This document shows, piece by piece, positions 20,225 to 29,996 of a stretch of 64,000 bases of DNA; positions within the stretch are counted from its first letter, which is position 1, and each line of letters begins with the position of its first letter. Made by a program: the position numbers and the translations under genes. This DNA is from an uncultured Acidobacteriota bacterium (lineage in GTDB: Bacteria > Acidobacteriota > Thermoanaerobaculia > UBA5066 > Gp7-AA6). The notes below the pieces were generated by a model, which had not been told where the DNA came from, made no database searches, and worked only from the letters and a program-made list of their open reading frames with translations. Where the stretch lies: contig CAVTEW010000001.1 of assembly GCA_963733955.1 (NCBI GenBank), forward strand, positions 745,639-809,638, read 5' to 3'.

Positions 20225-22225
20225 TTAGTCTTCGGGAAGGATCTCGAACACCTTCCACCGGGCGAGCGGACGTCCTCCGCGGGAGATCGCGCTGGCGGAG
20301 TGGAACCGGAGGCGCAACCGCGCCAGCGGCGGCACGGTCTGACCCGGCAGCCGCGCCCCCAGGCCGTCGAAGTCGTAGAGCCGCGACTGGAGGGTCCGGA
20401 AGTAGCGGTCGGTCGGCGCCAGGCCCTGCGCGGTGACCGCGAGCGAGGGCGGGCGCTCGATGTAGCCGGCGTAGTCGTTCATGCGGGGCACCAGGTCGGT
20501 GGCCAGAACCCAGCGGGCCCGGCGGCGGCGAGCGATGGCGAGCGCTTCGCCCTCCGTCTCCGCCAGAAAAAACTTCAACGAGTCGGTGAAGCCGTATCCG
20601 AAGTTGTTGGCGATCACGGGAAGGCCCGCTTCGTACAGGATGAGGTGCCCGAGCGACCACGGCGCCATCACCGCCCCCGCGCGGGCGAGCTCGGGGGGCG
20701 GAGCATCCAACGAGAGCAGGCGCGGATCGTAGGGGTCGACCGCGTGCGGGATCTCGCGCCGCATCCAGTCGAGCGTGGCGTAGAGGTCGGACCCCGCTGG
20801 ATGCACGGCGCGCATCTGGCGCGGCGTGCTCCAGGCGAAGGGGCTGGCGAGGAGCAGCCCGGCGGCCACCGCGGCGAGAGGCATCAGGCGCGGCGTCCGG
20901 ACGCGCGCGGCGGCCGCGCGGCAGGCCTCGACCAGGGCCGCCGCCGCCAGGGGGGCGGCGTAGTACACGTCCATCCGCTGCGCCAGCGCGAGCGCCAGGG
21001 TCACGGCGCCCCAGACGGCCAGGCCGATGTGCACGCCGGCGCGGTCGCCGCGCCAGGCGCGCCGGGCCCAGAGGAGAATCGCGAGCGGCGTGAGGAAGAA
21101 CGCGAACGACAGGTCGCGCAGGGCCAGCCCCGGCCCTTCGGAGAGGAGCGGCCGCGCTTCGAAGATTCCCTTGAGCCAGTTTTTCGGGTACGAGACGTAG
21201 CCGACGGCTCCGGCGATTTCGCCGGAGGTGTTTCCCAGGACGTATCCGACGCCCCGACCGAACCCGGTCCACAGGCCGCCGGCGTTTCCGAGCACCGCCG
21301 CCGCCGCGCAGAGGACACAGGCCACGCGCAGAGCCAGATCGCGGCGCGGGAGGCCGCCCCGCCCCGCGGCGAGCAGCGTGTCGAGCAGGATCGTTCCTCC
21401 GGCCAGCGCGGCCAGGAAGAGGGGCTGGAAGAACCCGAAGGAGATGTAGGTCAGGGGCGGCCGGAGCCCGCCGAGCCAGAACGCCGTGGCCGCGGCGACG
21501 AAGGCCGCGGAGAGACCCAGGATGAGCGCGGCGGCTCGGAAGACGCTGCGCCGGGCGATCGCCGCTTCCAGGAACAGGGCCAGCGCGAAGATCGCGCCCC
21601 AGTAGATCGCGCCCTGCCAGGCGAGCGTGGCCAGGGCGAGGGCGAGCCCGGCCGCGGCCTCCCACCAGGATGCGCGCGGCCGGCCTGCGCGCGCGCGGGC
21701 CGCGACGAAGAGCCAGAGGACGAGCAGGCCGAAGAAGGACTCTCCCACGTGCTGATCCGTGTGGCCGTACTGGGTCCAGAGGATGTGGCCGGGGCAGACC
21801 GCCACGAAGAGGGCGAGCGCCCCGCCTCCCCAGATTCCGAAAAGCTCCAGGCCGAGCAGCCCGGCCAGCGCGATCGCGCCAGCGGCCAGGGCCAGCGGGA
21901 CCCAGGCCGCGCCCCGCTCGATCTGCGCGGGAGTGGCCCCGGCGCCGTGGAGGAGCCGGGCCGGGGCGGCCAGGGCCAGGTCGAAGAGCGGCGGCCAGAT
22001 GGGAACGCCGCCGGAGGGAACGTTCATCATCGGATCGAAGACGATCGTCCTGGGGAAGTGCGCCGCGGCGAAGCGGGCCCGGCGGAGGTGGTAATTGTCG
22101 TCGGAGGTCAGGGCATGCACCCGGTCCCCGGCGCGCAGCTCGCTCCGGGTCGAACAGCGGAGGGCGCAGCCCAAGGCGATCGCCGCGGCGAGCAGACCCA
22201 GCAACAGGGCTCGTCGCGAGGTCAT
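20225..22225 (-). CDS. STT3/AglB/PglB-family oligosaccharyltransferase-like protein
   Basis: SDDNYHLRRA...FDP...P.G...WPPLFD, GHTDQHVGE (DHH-type motif), WQGAIY, GIFEARPL (TIXE-like), VMAPWSLGHLI...PVIANNFG (WWDYG-like). Confidence 0.8.
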   Translation of the reverse strand: MTSRRALLLGLLAAAIALGCALRCSTRSELRAGDRVHALTSDDNYHLRRARFAAAHFPRTIVFDPMMNVPSGGVPIWPPLFDLALAAPARLLHGAGATPAQIERGAAWVPLALAAGAIALAGLLGLELFGIWGGGALALFVAVCPGHILWTQYGHTDQHVGESFFGLLVLWLFVAARARAGRPRASWWEAAAGLALALATLAWQGAIYWGAIFALALFLEAAIARRSVFRAAALILGLSAAFVAAATAFWLGGLRPPLTYISFGFFQPLFLAALAGGTILLDTLLAAGRGGLPRRDLALRVACVLCAAAAVLGNAGGLWTGFGRGVGYVLGNTSGEIAGAVGYVSYPKNWLKGIFEARPLLSEGPGLALRDLSFAFFLTPLAILLWARRAWRGDRAGVHIGLAVWGAVTLALALAQRMDVYYAAPLAAAALVEACRAAAARVRTPRLMPLAAVAAGLLLASPFAWSTPRQMRAVHPAGSDLYATLDWMRREIPHAVDPYDPRLLSLDAPPPELARAGAVMAPWSLGHLILYEAGLPVIANNFGYGFTDSLKFFLAETEGEALAIARRRRARWVLATDLVPRMNDYAGYIERPPSLAVTAQGLAPTDRYFRTLQSRLYDFDGLGARLPGQTVPPLARLRLRFHSASAISRGGRPLARWKVFEILPED

Positions 22226-22326
22226 GCGGACAAGCTCGGGATGGCCAGTCCCTCTAGTGTAGACGCCCGGCGCGGCGTTGACAACCGCGGCGGCGCGGGC
22301 GAGTTCTGTATCATTCCTCCAACGCC

Positions 22327-23028
22327 GTGAAGCTCTCCGTTCTGATCCCCGTGTACAACGAGGCGCGGACCATCGGCGAGGTCCTTCGCCAGGTCGCCGC
22401 CGTCCCGATGGAGAAGGAGATTCTCGTCGTCGACGACGGATCGACCGACGGGACGCGCCGGATCCTCGAGGGCTGGAACGGGCGGGAGGGCGTGCGGGTG
22501 ATCCTGCACGAACACAACCTCGGGAAGGGGCGCGCCCTGGCCACCGCGCTGCGCGAGGCGGCCGGCGAGATCCTCCTGATCCAGGACGCCGACCTCGAGT
22601 ACGACCCCGCCGACTATCCGGCCATGTTGAAGCCCATCGAATCGGGCCGGGCCGACGTCGTCTACGGCTCCCGGTTTCGGGGCGCCGCGGAGAACCGGGT
22701 CCAGAACTTCTGGCACACCGTCGGCAACCGCGCGCTGACCTTGATCTCCAACGTCGTGACCGATCTCAACCTGACCGACATGGCCACCTGCTACAAGGTC
22801 TTCCACCGGCGGGTCGTGCCGTCGCTCGACCTGCAATCCCCCCGCTTCGGCATCGACGCGGAGATCACCGCGAAGATCTCGCGAGGCGGATACCGGATCT
22901 TCGAGGTCCCGGTGTCCTACTTCGCCCGCTCCCGGGCGGAGGGCAAGAAGATCCGGCTCCGGGACGGGTTTGCCGCGCTCGGCGCCCTCCTGCGGTACCG
23001 GTTCTTCTGGAGGCCGGACGGGCGTTGA
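22327..23028 (+). CDS. GT2 DPM1-like polyprenol-phosphate glycosyltransferase
   Basis: [45 protein letters not shown]. Confidence 0.9.
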   Translation: MKLSVLIPVYNEARTIGEVLRQVAAVPMEKEILVVDDGSTDGTRRILEGWNGREGVRVILHEHNLGKGRALATALREAAGEILLIQDADLEYDPADYPAMLKPIESGRADVVYGSRFRGAAENRVQNFWHTVGNRALTLISNVVTDLNLTDMATCYKVFHRRVVPSLDLQSPRFGIDAEITAKISRGGYRIFEVPVSYFARSRAEGKKIRLRDGFAALGALLRYRFFWRPDGR

Positions 23029-24734
23029 GCCTGCGCCGCTGGACGCCGATCGCGGGCGCCGCGGCCTTGACCGCGTTGTCGCTCGCTCTGGTGTGGGACC
23101 ACACCCGCGGAGATTCCTTTTCGGCCGACGAGCCGATCCACATCCTGGCCGGCTACCTGCAGGCGGCCGGCCAGAACGCGATCGTCAACATCGAGCATCC
23201 TCCTTTGATGAAGGAGCTCGCCGGCCTGGCGCTCCGGACGCTGCCGCTCCCGCCTCCTCCGCGGCAGGTGCCCATGGGCAATCGGTTCATCGACTACGGG
23301 CACGCCTTCCTGTTCGGAAGCCCGGTCGCGCCGGACCGCATCCTGGCGGCGGCCCGGGCGCCCTTTCTCCTGGTGCTCGCCGGCCTCCTCGTCCTCATTT
23401 TTGTGGCGGCCCAAAGCCGCTACGGAAACGGGGCCGCGCTGTGGGCCCTGGCCCTCGTCGCGCTCGATCCGAATTTCGTGGCCCATGCCGGCGTCGTCCA
23501 TACCGATCTGGGAGCGGCGGCGGCGTTTCTCGCGGCGGTCCTGGCCTGGGAGCGCGCGCGCCGCGGGGGCTGGATCGCGATCGGGGTCGCCGGCGGCGCG
23601 CTGGGCCTGGCGCTGCTGACGAAGTTTACTTCCGTGTATCTCGTCCCCATCCTGATTCTCCAGACCCTGATCGCCGCCCGCGAGGATTCGCATCCCGGCC
23701 GGGAGCTCGTCCGGACGATCGGCCGGCTGGCCGTGACCGGGATCGTGGCCGGTCTCGTCGTCTGGGCCGGATACGGACTCGTGACCGCCCGGATGGATCC
23801 GGCGGCCCAGAGGGAAATCATCCACGAGATGGTCGGCGCGCGCGGAGCTCCCGAATTGTCGCGCGTTCTCGAGCGGATCGCGGCCGCGTCTCCGGCGCTC
23901 GGGCACTACCTGGGCGGGCTCGCCTCGGTCTACCGCCAGAACGCGCAGGGGGGAGGCGTCAACTACCTGTTCGGCCGGCTCTCCGTGCACGGGTTCGCGT
24001 CATATTTCTTCGTGGCCTTTCTGGTCAAGAGCACGCTCGCGTTCCTCGCCGCCACGTTCGTCGTCGCGGTCTCGCTCGTCCGAGACGGCCGCGCGCGCCG
24101 CGAGGCCCGGCTCTGGCTCCTCCCGGTCGCGGTCCTCTTCCTGGCTTCCGTCGGAGCGAGCTACAACATCGGCATCCGGCACATGCTCCCGGTCTATCCG
24201 TTCCTGGCGTTGGCGGGGGCCGGGGTCCTCGCGCGGATGCGGAAGGACGGCAGGCGCCGGGCCGTCCTCGTCCTCGCGGCGCTGCCGCTCGTGTCCGCGA
24301 TCGAGATCGCGCGCGTGCATCCGCACGAGCTGTCCTACTTCAATCCCCTGGCGGGGGGACCCGTCGGAGGGCGCCGGATCCTGTCGGACTCCAACGTGGA
24401 CTGGGGGCTCGATCTGCGGCGGCTGGGCGCGGAGCTCTCCCGCCGCAAAGTGGCGGATCCGACGGTGGTGTACTTCGGCGGCGACGACGTGCTCGAGCGG
24501 ATCGGCGTGCCCGACTTTTCCGCCGATCCCCGCGTCCGCGGGCGGGTCGTGGCCATCTCGGCGTTCCACTGGGCCGAGGGGCCGGCCTTTTACGCTTATC
24601 ATGGCGCGGCCGGCGTGGCGGCGGCGCTGGCTCGGCTGCGCCAGGAGCTGGCCGCGCGCGGACGCTGGATCGGCCGCGTCGGATACTCGATCGACCTCTA
24701 CGACTTGCCGCCCAAGGAGACGCCCGCGCGATGA
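23025..24734 (+). CDS. GT-C (ArnT/GT39-like) membrane glycosyltransferase
   Basis: TTG overlaps the GT2 stop. [35 protein letters not shown]...LSDSNVDWG. Confidence 0.8.
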   Translation: MSLRRWTPIAGAAALTALSLALVWDHTRGDSFSADEPIHILAGYLQAAGQNAIVNIEHPPLMKELAGLALRTLPLPPPPRQVPMGNRFIDYGHAFLFGSPVAPDRILAAARAPFLLVLAGLLVLIFVAAQSRYGNGAALWALALVALDPNFVAHAGVVHTDLGAAAAFLAAVLAWERARRGGWIAIGVAGGALGLALLTKFTSVYLVPILILQTLIAAREDSHPGRELVRTIGRLAVTGIVAGLVVWAGYGLVTARMDPAAQREIIHEMVGARGAPELSRVLERIAAASPALGHYLGGLASVYRQNAQGGGVNYLFGRLSVHGFASYFFVAFLVKSTLAFLAATFVVAVSLVRDGRARREARLWLLPVAVLFLASVGASYNIGIRHMLPVYPFLALAGAGVLARMRKDGRRRAVLVLAALPLVSAIEIARVHPHELSYFNPLAGGPVGGRRILSDSNVDWGLDLRRLGAELSRRKVADPTVVYFGGDDVLERIGVPDFSADPRVRGRVVAISAFHWAEGPAFYAYHGAAGVAAALARLRQELAARGRWIGRVGYSIDLYDLPPKETPAR

Positions 24735-26143
24735 AGCTCTCGGTGGTCATGCCGGTCTACAACGAGTCCAGGACGATCCGGGAGATCGTCGGGCTGGTGA
24801 AGGCCGTTGCGGTCGAGAAGGAAATCCTGATCGTGGACGACGGATCGACCGACGGGACCCGCGAGATCCTGCGCGAGCTGGACGGCGCGGAAGGCGTTCG
24901 CGTCTTCCTCCAGCCCCAGAACCAGGGGAAGGGGGCCGCGGTCTCCGTCGGCTTCCGTCACGCCACCGGCGACGTCGTCGTCGTGCAGGACGCCGACCTG
25001 GAGTACGACCCGCGGGAATACCCGCGTCTCTTGAAGCCGATCGAGGAAGGACACGCCGACGTCGTCTACGGCTCCCGGTTCCTGGGCGGGGGAGAGCGGC
25101 GCGTCCTGTACTTCTGGCACACGGTGGGAAATCGGTTTCTGACGCTCGCCTCCAACATGTTCACCAACCTCAACCTGACCGACATGGAGACCTGCTACAA
25201 GATGTTCCGGCGCGAGGTCGTCTCCTCGATGACGATCGAGTCGCGCCGCTTCGGGATCGAGCCGGAGATCACCGCCAAGGTGGCCCGCCGGGGATACCGC
25301 GTGTACGAGGTCCCGATCTCCTACTACGGCCGGACCTACGAGGAAGGCAAGAAGATCGGATGGAAGGACGCCTTCTCGGCGCTGTGGACGATCGTCAAGC
25401 ACGCCTTGCGCGAGGCCGAAGATCCCAGCAACGTCGGGCACGTGACCCTGGCCCGGCTGGCCCGGCTGGAGCCCTACAACCGCTGGATCGTGGACCGGTT
25501 CCGCGCGTCGCTGGGGTCGCGCATCCTGGAGATCGGAGCCGGCTTCGGCAACGTGACGCGCCACCTCCTGGAGTCCGACGGCGGGCCGGCGCGGCAGCTC
25601 GTCGTGGCCTCGGACCTGGATCCGGTGGCGCTGGAGTATCTGCGGGGCACGTTTCGGGAAGCGCCCAACGTGCGCGTGGCGTCGTACCACTTTCCGCTCG
25701 ACGCGGCGGCGCGCGAAGACCTGCGCGGCCTCGCGCTGGACACAATCGTCTGCTGCAACGTCCTCGAGCACATCGAGGACGACGGCGCCGCGCTCAACGA
25801 CTTCCGGGAAGTGCTGCGTCCGGGCGGGCGGCTGGTTCTGCTGGTCCCGGCCCTGGCCCGCCTCTACGGGACTTTGGACCGGCACCTCCACCACTTCCGC
25901 CGCTACGAAAAGGCGGAGGTCGAGCAGAAGGTCTCGCAGGCCGGTTTCGTTCTGGAGGACTGCCGGTTTCTCAACCGCCCGGGCGTCCTGGGGTGGTACG
26001 TCAGCGGCAAGATCCTGCGGCGGACCGTGCTGCCCAAGTCCCAGCTGCGGGTCTTCTCCCTTCTGCTGCCGTTCCTGCGGCGCGAGGAAGCGTCTCCGCC
26101 GTCGTACGGACTTTCGCTGCTGGTGGTCGCAAGGAAGGACTGA
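24731..26143 (+). CDS. GT2 (DPM1-like) fused to a class I SAM-dependent methyltransferase
   Basis: N-terminal half closely resembles 22327-23028. C-terminal half has [36 protein letters not shown]. Confidence 0.88.
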   Translation: MKLSVVMPVYNESRTIREIVGLVKAVAVEKEILIVDDGSTDGTREILRELDGAEGVRVFLQPQNQGKGAAVSVGFRHATGDVVVVQDADLEYDPREYPRLLKPIEEGHADVVYGSRFLGGGERRVLYFWHTVGNRFLTLASNMFTNLNLTDMETCYKMFRREVVSSMTIESRRFGIEPEITAKVARRGYRVYEVPISYYGRTYEEGKKIGWKDAFSALWTIVKHALREAEDPSNVGHVTLARLARLEPYNRWIVDRFRASLGSRILEIGAGFGNVTRHLLESDGGPARQLVVASDLDPVALEYLRGTFREAPNVRVASYHFPLDAAAREDLRGLALDTIVCCNVLEHIEDDGAALNDFREVLRPGGRLVLLVPALARLYGTLDRHLHHFRRYEKAEVEQKVSQAGFVLEDCRFLNRPGVLGWYVSGKILRRTVLPKSQLRVFSLLLPFLRREEASPPSYGLSLLVVARKD

Positions 26144-26172
26144 ATCCGGCCACCCCGAGCCGGTCGATGTGG

Positions 26173-27615
26173 TCAAGCCGGCGGCCGAACGCTCTCGCTC
26201 CGGGCCGGCGGCGTCCAGATCAGCAGGACGGCGTCGGGGCGTCGAACCACCTCCTGGATCCTTCCGCGCCCCTCGATGGCCCGCTCGAGGGCAGTCGCGT
26301 AGTAGGGATGGATCAGGAGCAGGGCGTGGCTGCTCGGAGCCATCAGGCCGAGGCGGCGCCGGAGGGCGGCGAAATCCTCGGGCATCGCGGGCGCGGCCGC
26401 GAACCAACCGGGATGGAGCGCGAGGTCGGCGGGGAAACTCTCGACCGCCGCGTGGAGTCGACCGCGATCGGCCGCGATGCGCAGCGGGAGATAGAAGCCC
26501 GCGCCACCGAAGACACGGTCCCCGGGCCGCGCGATCCGGGCGACGGCGGCAGTCGCCGGTCTCCAGACCGGATCGTCGAACCGCGCGGTGATCGCAACGA
26601 GGATGGCGATCGTTCCGAGAGCGATTGCGGCGACGGCCGCCGAGAAGGCCAGGCGGCTGGTATGGGCCGCGCGGGCCAGCGCCCAGATCCAGACGCCGAG
26701 CACGGCGAGCTCGCTGCGCCCCGCAAACGCGACAGGACGAACGAATGAGCAGAGAAGAACGAACCCCAGAGTCAGAGCCGTCACCATGACCGCAGCCCGA
26801 AGATCTCGATCCTCGCGCTGGAGGTGCGCGACGGCGCCGGCGCCTGCCGCGGTCGCGAGAACGCCAAACCAGATCACGATCTCGGGAAGCGGAGGCCCGA
26901 ACGGCGAGGGGATCCGGCCCGCTCCCCCCAGGGCGGCGGCGAAGCCGACGAGCGCTTTCCCCGGCGACTCCCGCACCCAACTCATCGCGTCAAGGGGTTG
27001 ACGCAGGAGCAGGGGAACCCAGGGAACGAAGAGGACGGCGCCTCCGGCCGCGGCGGCGAGCGACCGCCACCGGCGGAGCGTCGCGAGCGTGATCCAGAGC
27101 GCGGCAGCGAAGAAGATCGCCAGATAGTGGGTGTAGAGCGACGCCGCGGCGAGAACGGCGACGCAAGAGAGGCGCCGCGGATCCTCCGTTCCACGCGCCG
27201 CCGCCAAAAAGAGCCCAAGGTCGAGGAATGCCAGGAGCGCGTACGCGCGGGCCTCCGACGAGTAGAGAAAGAAGAGCAAAGAGCTCGCTCCGAGGAGGAT
27301 CGCGATGGCCCGTCCTCGGCCGCGCGCGCCGGCCGGGGCCAGGAGCGTGACACCGAGCGCGGCGAGCCAGGCCGGCGCGCGCAGGAACTGATCCGAGAGC
27401 CCGAACGTCTCGGCCAGGCGAACCACCGGTTTCTCGATCAGGTACCAGAGCGGCGGGCCGGAGTCGGCGCGCAACTGGCCGAGCAGCGCTCCCAGGGAAA
27501 GCCGGGACACCCAGAGCGTGAAGAGCTCATCGTGCCAGAGTGACCGCCGGAAGAGGAAGAGTCCGCGCGCGACGCAGAAGAGGCAAAGCGCCCCGAGGAG
27601 GGCCCAACGGCGCAG
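26173..27615 (-). CDS. GT-C (ArnT/PMT-like) membrane glycosyltransferase; start upstream of 27510, codon unclear
   Basis: Frame extends upstream of GTG 27510 through a TM helix and RSLWHDELFT. DSGPPLWY, YSSEARAYAL, YTHY motifs. Confidence 0.72.
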   Translation of the reverse strand: MRRWALLGALCLFCVARGLFLFRRSLWHDELFTLWVSRLSLGALLGQLRADSGPPLWYLIEKPVVRLAETFGLSDQFLRAPAWLAALGVTLLAPAGARGRGRAIAILLGASSLLFFLYSSEARAYALLAFLDLGLFLAAARGTEDPRRLSCVAVLAAASLYTHYLAIFFAAALWITLATLRRWRSLAAAAGGAVLFVPWVPLLLRQPLDAMSWVRESPGKALVGFAAALGGAGRIPSPFGPPLPEIVIWFGVLATAAGAGAVAHLQREDRDLRAAVMVTALTLGFVLLCSFVRPVAFAGRSELAVLGVWIWALARAAHTSRLAFSAAVAAIALGTIAILVAITARFDDPVWRPATAAVARIARPGDRVFGGAGFYLPLRIAADRGRLHAAVESFPADLALHPGWFAAAPAMPEDFAALRRRLGLMAPSSHALLLIHPYYATALERAIEGRGRIQEVVRRPDAVLLIWTPPARSESVRPPA

Positions 27616-27644
27616 CGGGCTTGGCGGCCGGGAGTCGATGTCGT

Positions 27645-29996
27645 ATGCTAACCGAACCCTTGAGTTCTCCAGCTCCGTCGAGGAACTCTCTCCTTTCCCG
27701 CCTCGGGCCCGCCCTTCTCTTCACGCTGCTGGTGGCCCTGGTCTACGCGGATCCGCTCTTCGTGCGCAAGACCTTCGGCGGACGGGATCTGATCGGCTAC
27801 GCGTTGCCGATCGAGAAAGCGGTCCACGAGGCGTACCGTCGCGGCGAGATCCCACTCTGGATCCCGGACGTTTCGGGCGGACGGCCCCTTCTCCCCAACC
27901 CCAACACCGGGGCGTTCTATCCGGTGAGGCCTCTGCTGGCTCTCCTGTCGTTTCCGGCGGCCATGCGGCTTTTCCCGATCCTGCACTGGGTCGCCGCGGG
28001 ACTGGGCATGCTGGTCCTGCTGCGGTCGCTCGCGGTCTCTCGCCCGGCGGCGTGGGTCGCAGCGGTCACCTATGTGTTCTCGGGGGTCAGCGTTTCGGAG
28101 GTCTTCTATCCGGCCAGGCAGCCCGGGTCCGCCGTTCTCCCCTGGATCGTTTGGATCCTCAGCCGAAACACGCTCTCTCCTCGCCTTCGCGTCCTGGTCC
28201 TCGCCGGGTTGCTTTGCCTGGACCTGCTGCTCGGCGACCTCTTCACGGTGCTCTTTGCCGTGATCGCGGCGGGCCTCTGGCTGGTGTTCGAGACTCTTCC
28301 CGCGCAACGGCTCCGCGCAGGAATGGAATTCGCGGGCGCGACGGCCCTGGCCGTTCTCATGGCCGCGCCGCAGATCGTCGCGACCGCGCTCTGGATTCCG
28401 CACATCGGCCGCGCCGTGTCCGGCATGAAGCTCGAGTCCGCATTCTTCTTCTCGATCTCACCCTGGCGTCTGCTCGAGTTCGTGATCCCTTTTCCCTTCG
28501 GCGCGACCTGGGAGCTCGAGAAGTCCGCGGTCTGGGGCGTCCCGGTCTTCCACGGACACATCGTGGGCCTGTTCACGTCTCTGTACCCCGGAGCCATCGC
28601 CGTGATCGCCGTCGCCGTGGCCTGGAGGATCGCCCGCCGCGGCAGGCGATTTGCCGTCGCGTTCTTGCTGGGTTCGCTCGCGATCGGGGTGCTGCCCTCC
28701 CTGGCTCCGGGCGGTTTGGGCTCGTTGCAGGCGCCCCTCGCGCTGCGGTATCCGGAAAAGTTCGCCGTCCCCTTGCTCTTCGCGGTGTCGGTCCTGTGCG
28801 GGTTCGGGTTCGAGGAGATCCGGCGGGTGCGCGCGCGGCGGCCCTGGGTGCTCGGCGTCGGAGCGTTGCTGGCTCTGATGGCGGGCGGCTCCTTTCTCTT
28901 TTCCGCGAGGGTGGGCGACGCCGCGGCCCGGCTCGTGGGCGCCGCTCCGGTGTTCGGCAAGGGCGCGGCTCGGGAGCTTCCGCGCGCCCTGACCGAGGCG
29001 GGACTCCTTTGGATGGCCACGGTGATCGCCGTCGATCTGGCTCCAAGCGCCGGCAGGCTCTCCTCACTCTTCGGGCTGGCGATTCTCACGGGAGTGCCGA
29101 TCGCCGCCAACCGAAAAATCGCTCCGACCTTTCGGGAAGAGGAGATGCTCGCGCCGACCCGGTTTACGCGCTTCTTGAATCGCGTAGACCCTGAGGATCA
29201 ATACCGCGCCCTCGGGGAATCCCTCTACCTGGGGATGACCCCGGCCGAGATCGACTTCGCGGGCGCGGACGTCGGTCTGATCGAGATTCCCCGCCGGAAC
29301 TACTCGGAGTACACGCCGGCGCTGTGGAATCGCGGGACCGTGCTCAACCGGAACTTCGACGACGGAGATCTTTCCCGTTGCGACACTCTGCGGGAGCTCT
29401 CGAGGCTGGCCGCTCGCTACCGGGACTCGCAGGCCTTCTTCGGCGCGCTGGCCCTTCGCTGGGGCATACGGTTTCGCGGTTCCGAGCCGATGGCCGGCTA
29501 CCGCCGGATCGGAGGCGACCTCGCGCAGGACTGGGACGAGCTCCCGGAGGCTCTTCCGGATATTCGGTTGGTTGGACGGGCCCGAGAGACATCCGATGGA
29601 ATCCACGCTTTGAATGCCCTCCGCCAATTGTCTTGGGGAGAGATCGTCATCGAGACGGGCTTCGAAAGATCCGAATCGCCGCGTCCCGGGAGCGTCCGGG
29701 TCCTCCGGCGGAGCCCGGAATCCTTCTCCGCGGAGCTGACGGCTCCCGATCCCTCCTGGCTCTTCGTGCTCCGCGGCTTTTGGCCCTACCGGCAGGTTCT
29801 CCTCGACGGGGAGCCCGTGGAGGTCTACCCGGCCCAGATCGCGTTCAGCGCGGTGCGGATTCCACCCGGCCGCCATCGCATCTCCTGGCGGGAAAGCTTT
29901 CCCGGAATCGAGATGTCCTGGGCCGGGCCGGTCCTGGGCCTCCTGGCGGCGGTTCTGTTGTGGAAGCGCGCCCGCCCGGACGCCGTGGCGTCATGA
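27645..29996 (+). CDS. YfhO-family membrane protein, paralog 2
   Basis: GRDLIGYALP...GEIPLWIPDVSGGRPLLPNPN..AFYP, LRYPEKF, VLLDG...AVRIPPGRH. Confidence 0.75.
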   Translation: MLTEPLSSPAPSRNSLLSRLGPALLFTLLVALVYADPLFVRKTFGGRDLIGYALPIEKAVHEAYRRGEIPLWIPDVSGGRPLLPNPNTGAFYPVRPLLALLSFPAAMRLFPILHWVAAGLGMLVLLRSLAVSRPAAWVAAVTYVFSGVSVSEVFYPARQPGSAVLPWIVWILSRNTLSPRLRVLVLAGLLCLDLLLGDLFTVLFAVIAAGLWLVFETLPAQRLRAGMEFAGATALAVLMAAPQIVATALWIPHIGRAVSGMKLESAFFFSISPWRLLEFVIPFPFGATWELEKSAVWGVPVFHGHIVGLFTSLYPGAIAVIAVAVAWRIARRGRRFAVAFLLGSLAIGVLPSLAPGGLGSLQAPLALRYPEKFAVPLLFAVSVLCGFGFEEIRRVRARRPWVLGVGALLALMAGGSFLFSARVGDAAARLVGAAPVFGKGAARELPRALTEAGLLWMATVIAVDLAPSAGRLSSLFGLAILTGVPIAANRKIAPTFREEEMLAPTRFTRFLNRVDPEDQYRALGESLYLGMTPAEIDFAGADVGLIEIPRRNYSEYTPALWNRGTVLNRNFDDGDLSRCDTLRELSRLAARYRDSQAFFGALALRWGIRFRGSEPMAGYRRIGGDLAQDWDELPEALPDIRLVGRARETSDGIHALNALRQLSWGEIVIETGFERSESPRPGSVRVLRRSPESFSAELTAPDPSWLFVLRGFWPYRQVLLDGEPVEVYPAQIAFSAVRIPPGRHRISWRESFPGIEMSWAGPVLGLLAAVLLWKRARPDAVAS

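Noticed and set aside
22278-22314. TTGACA ... TATCAT sigma70 promoter
   Set aside because: Spacing is 25 nt, incompatible with a -35/-10 pair; the -10 alone may be real.
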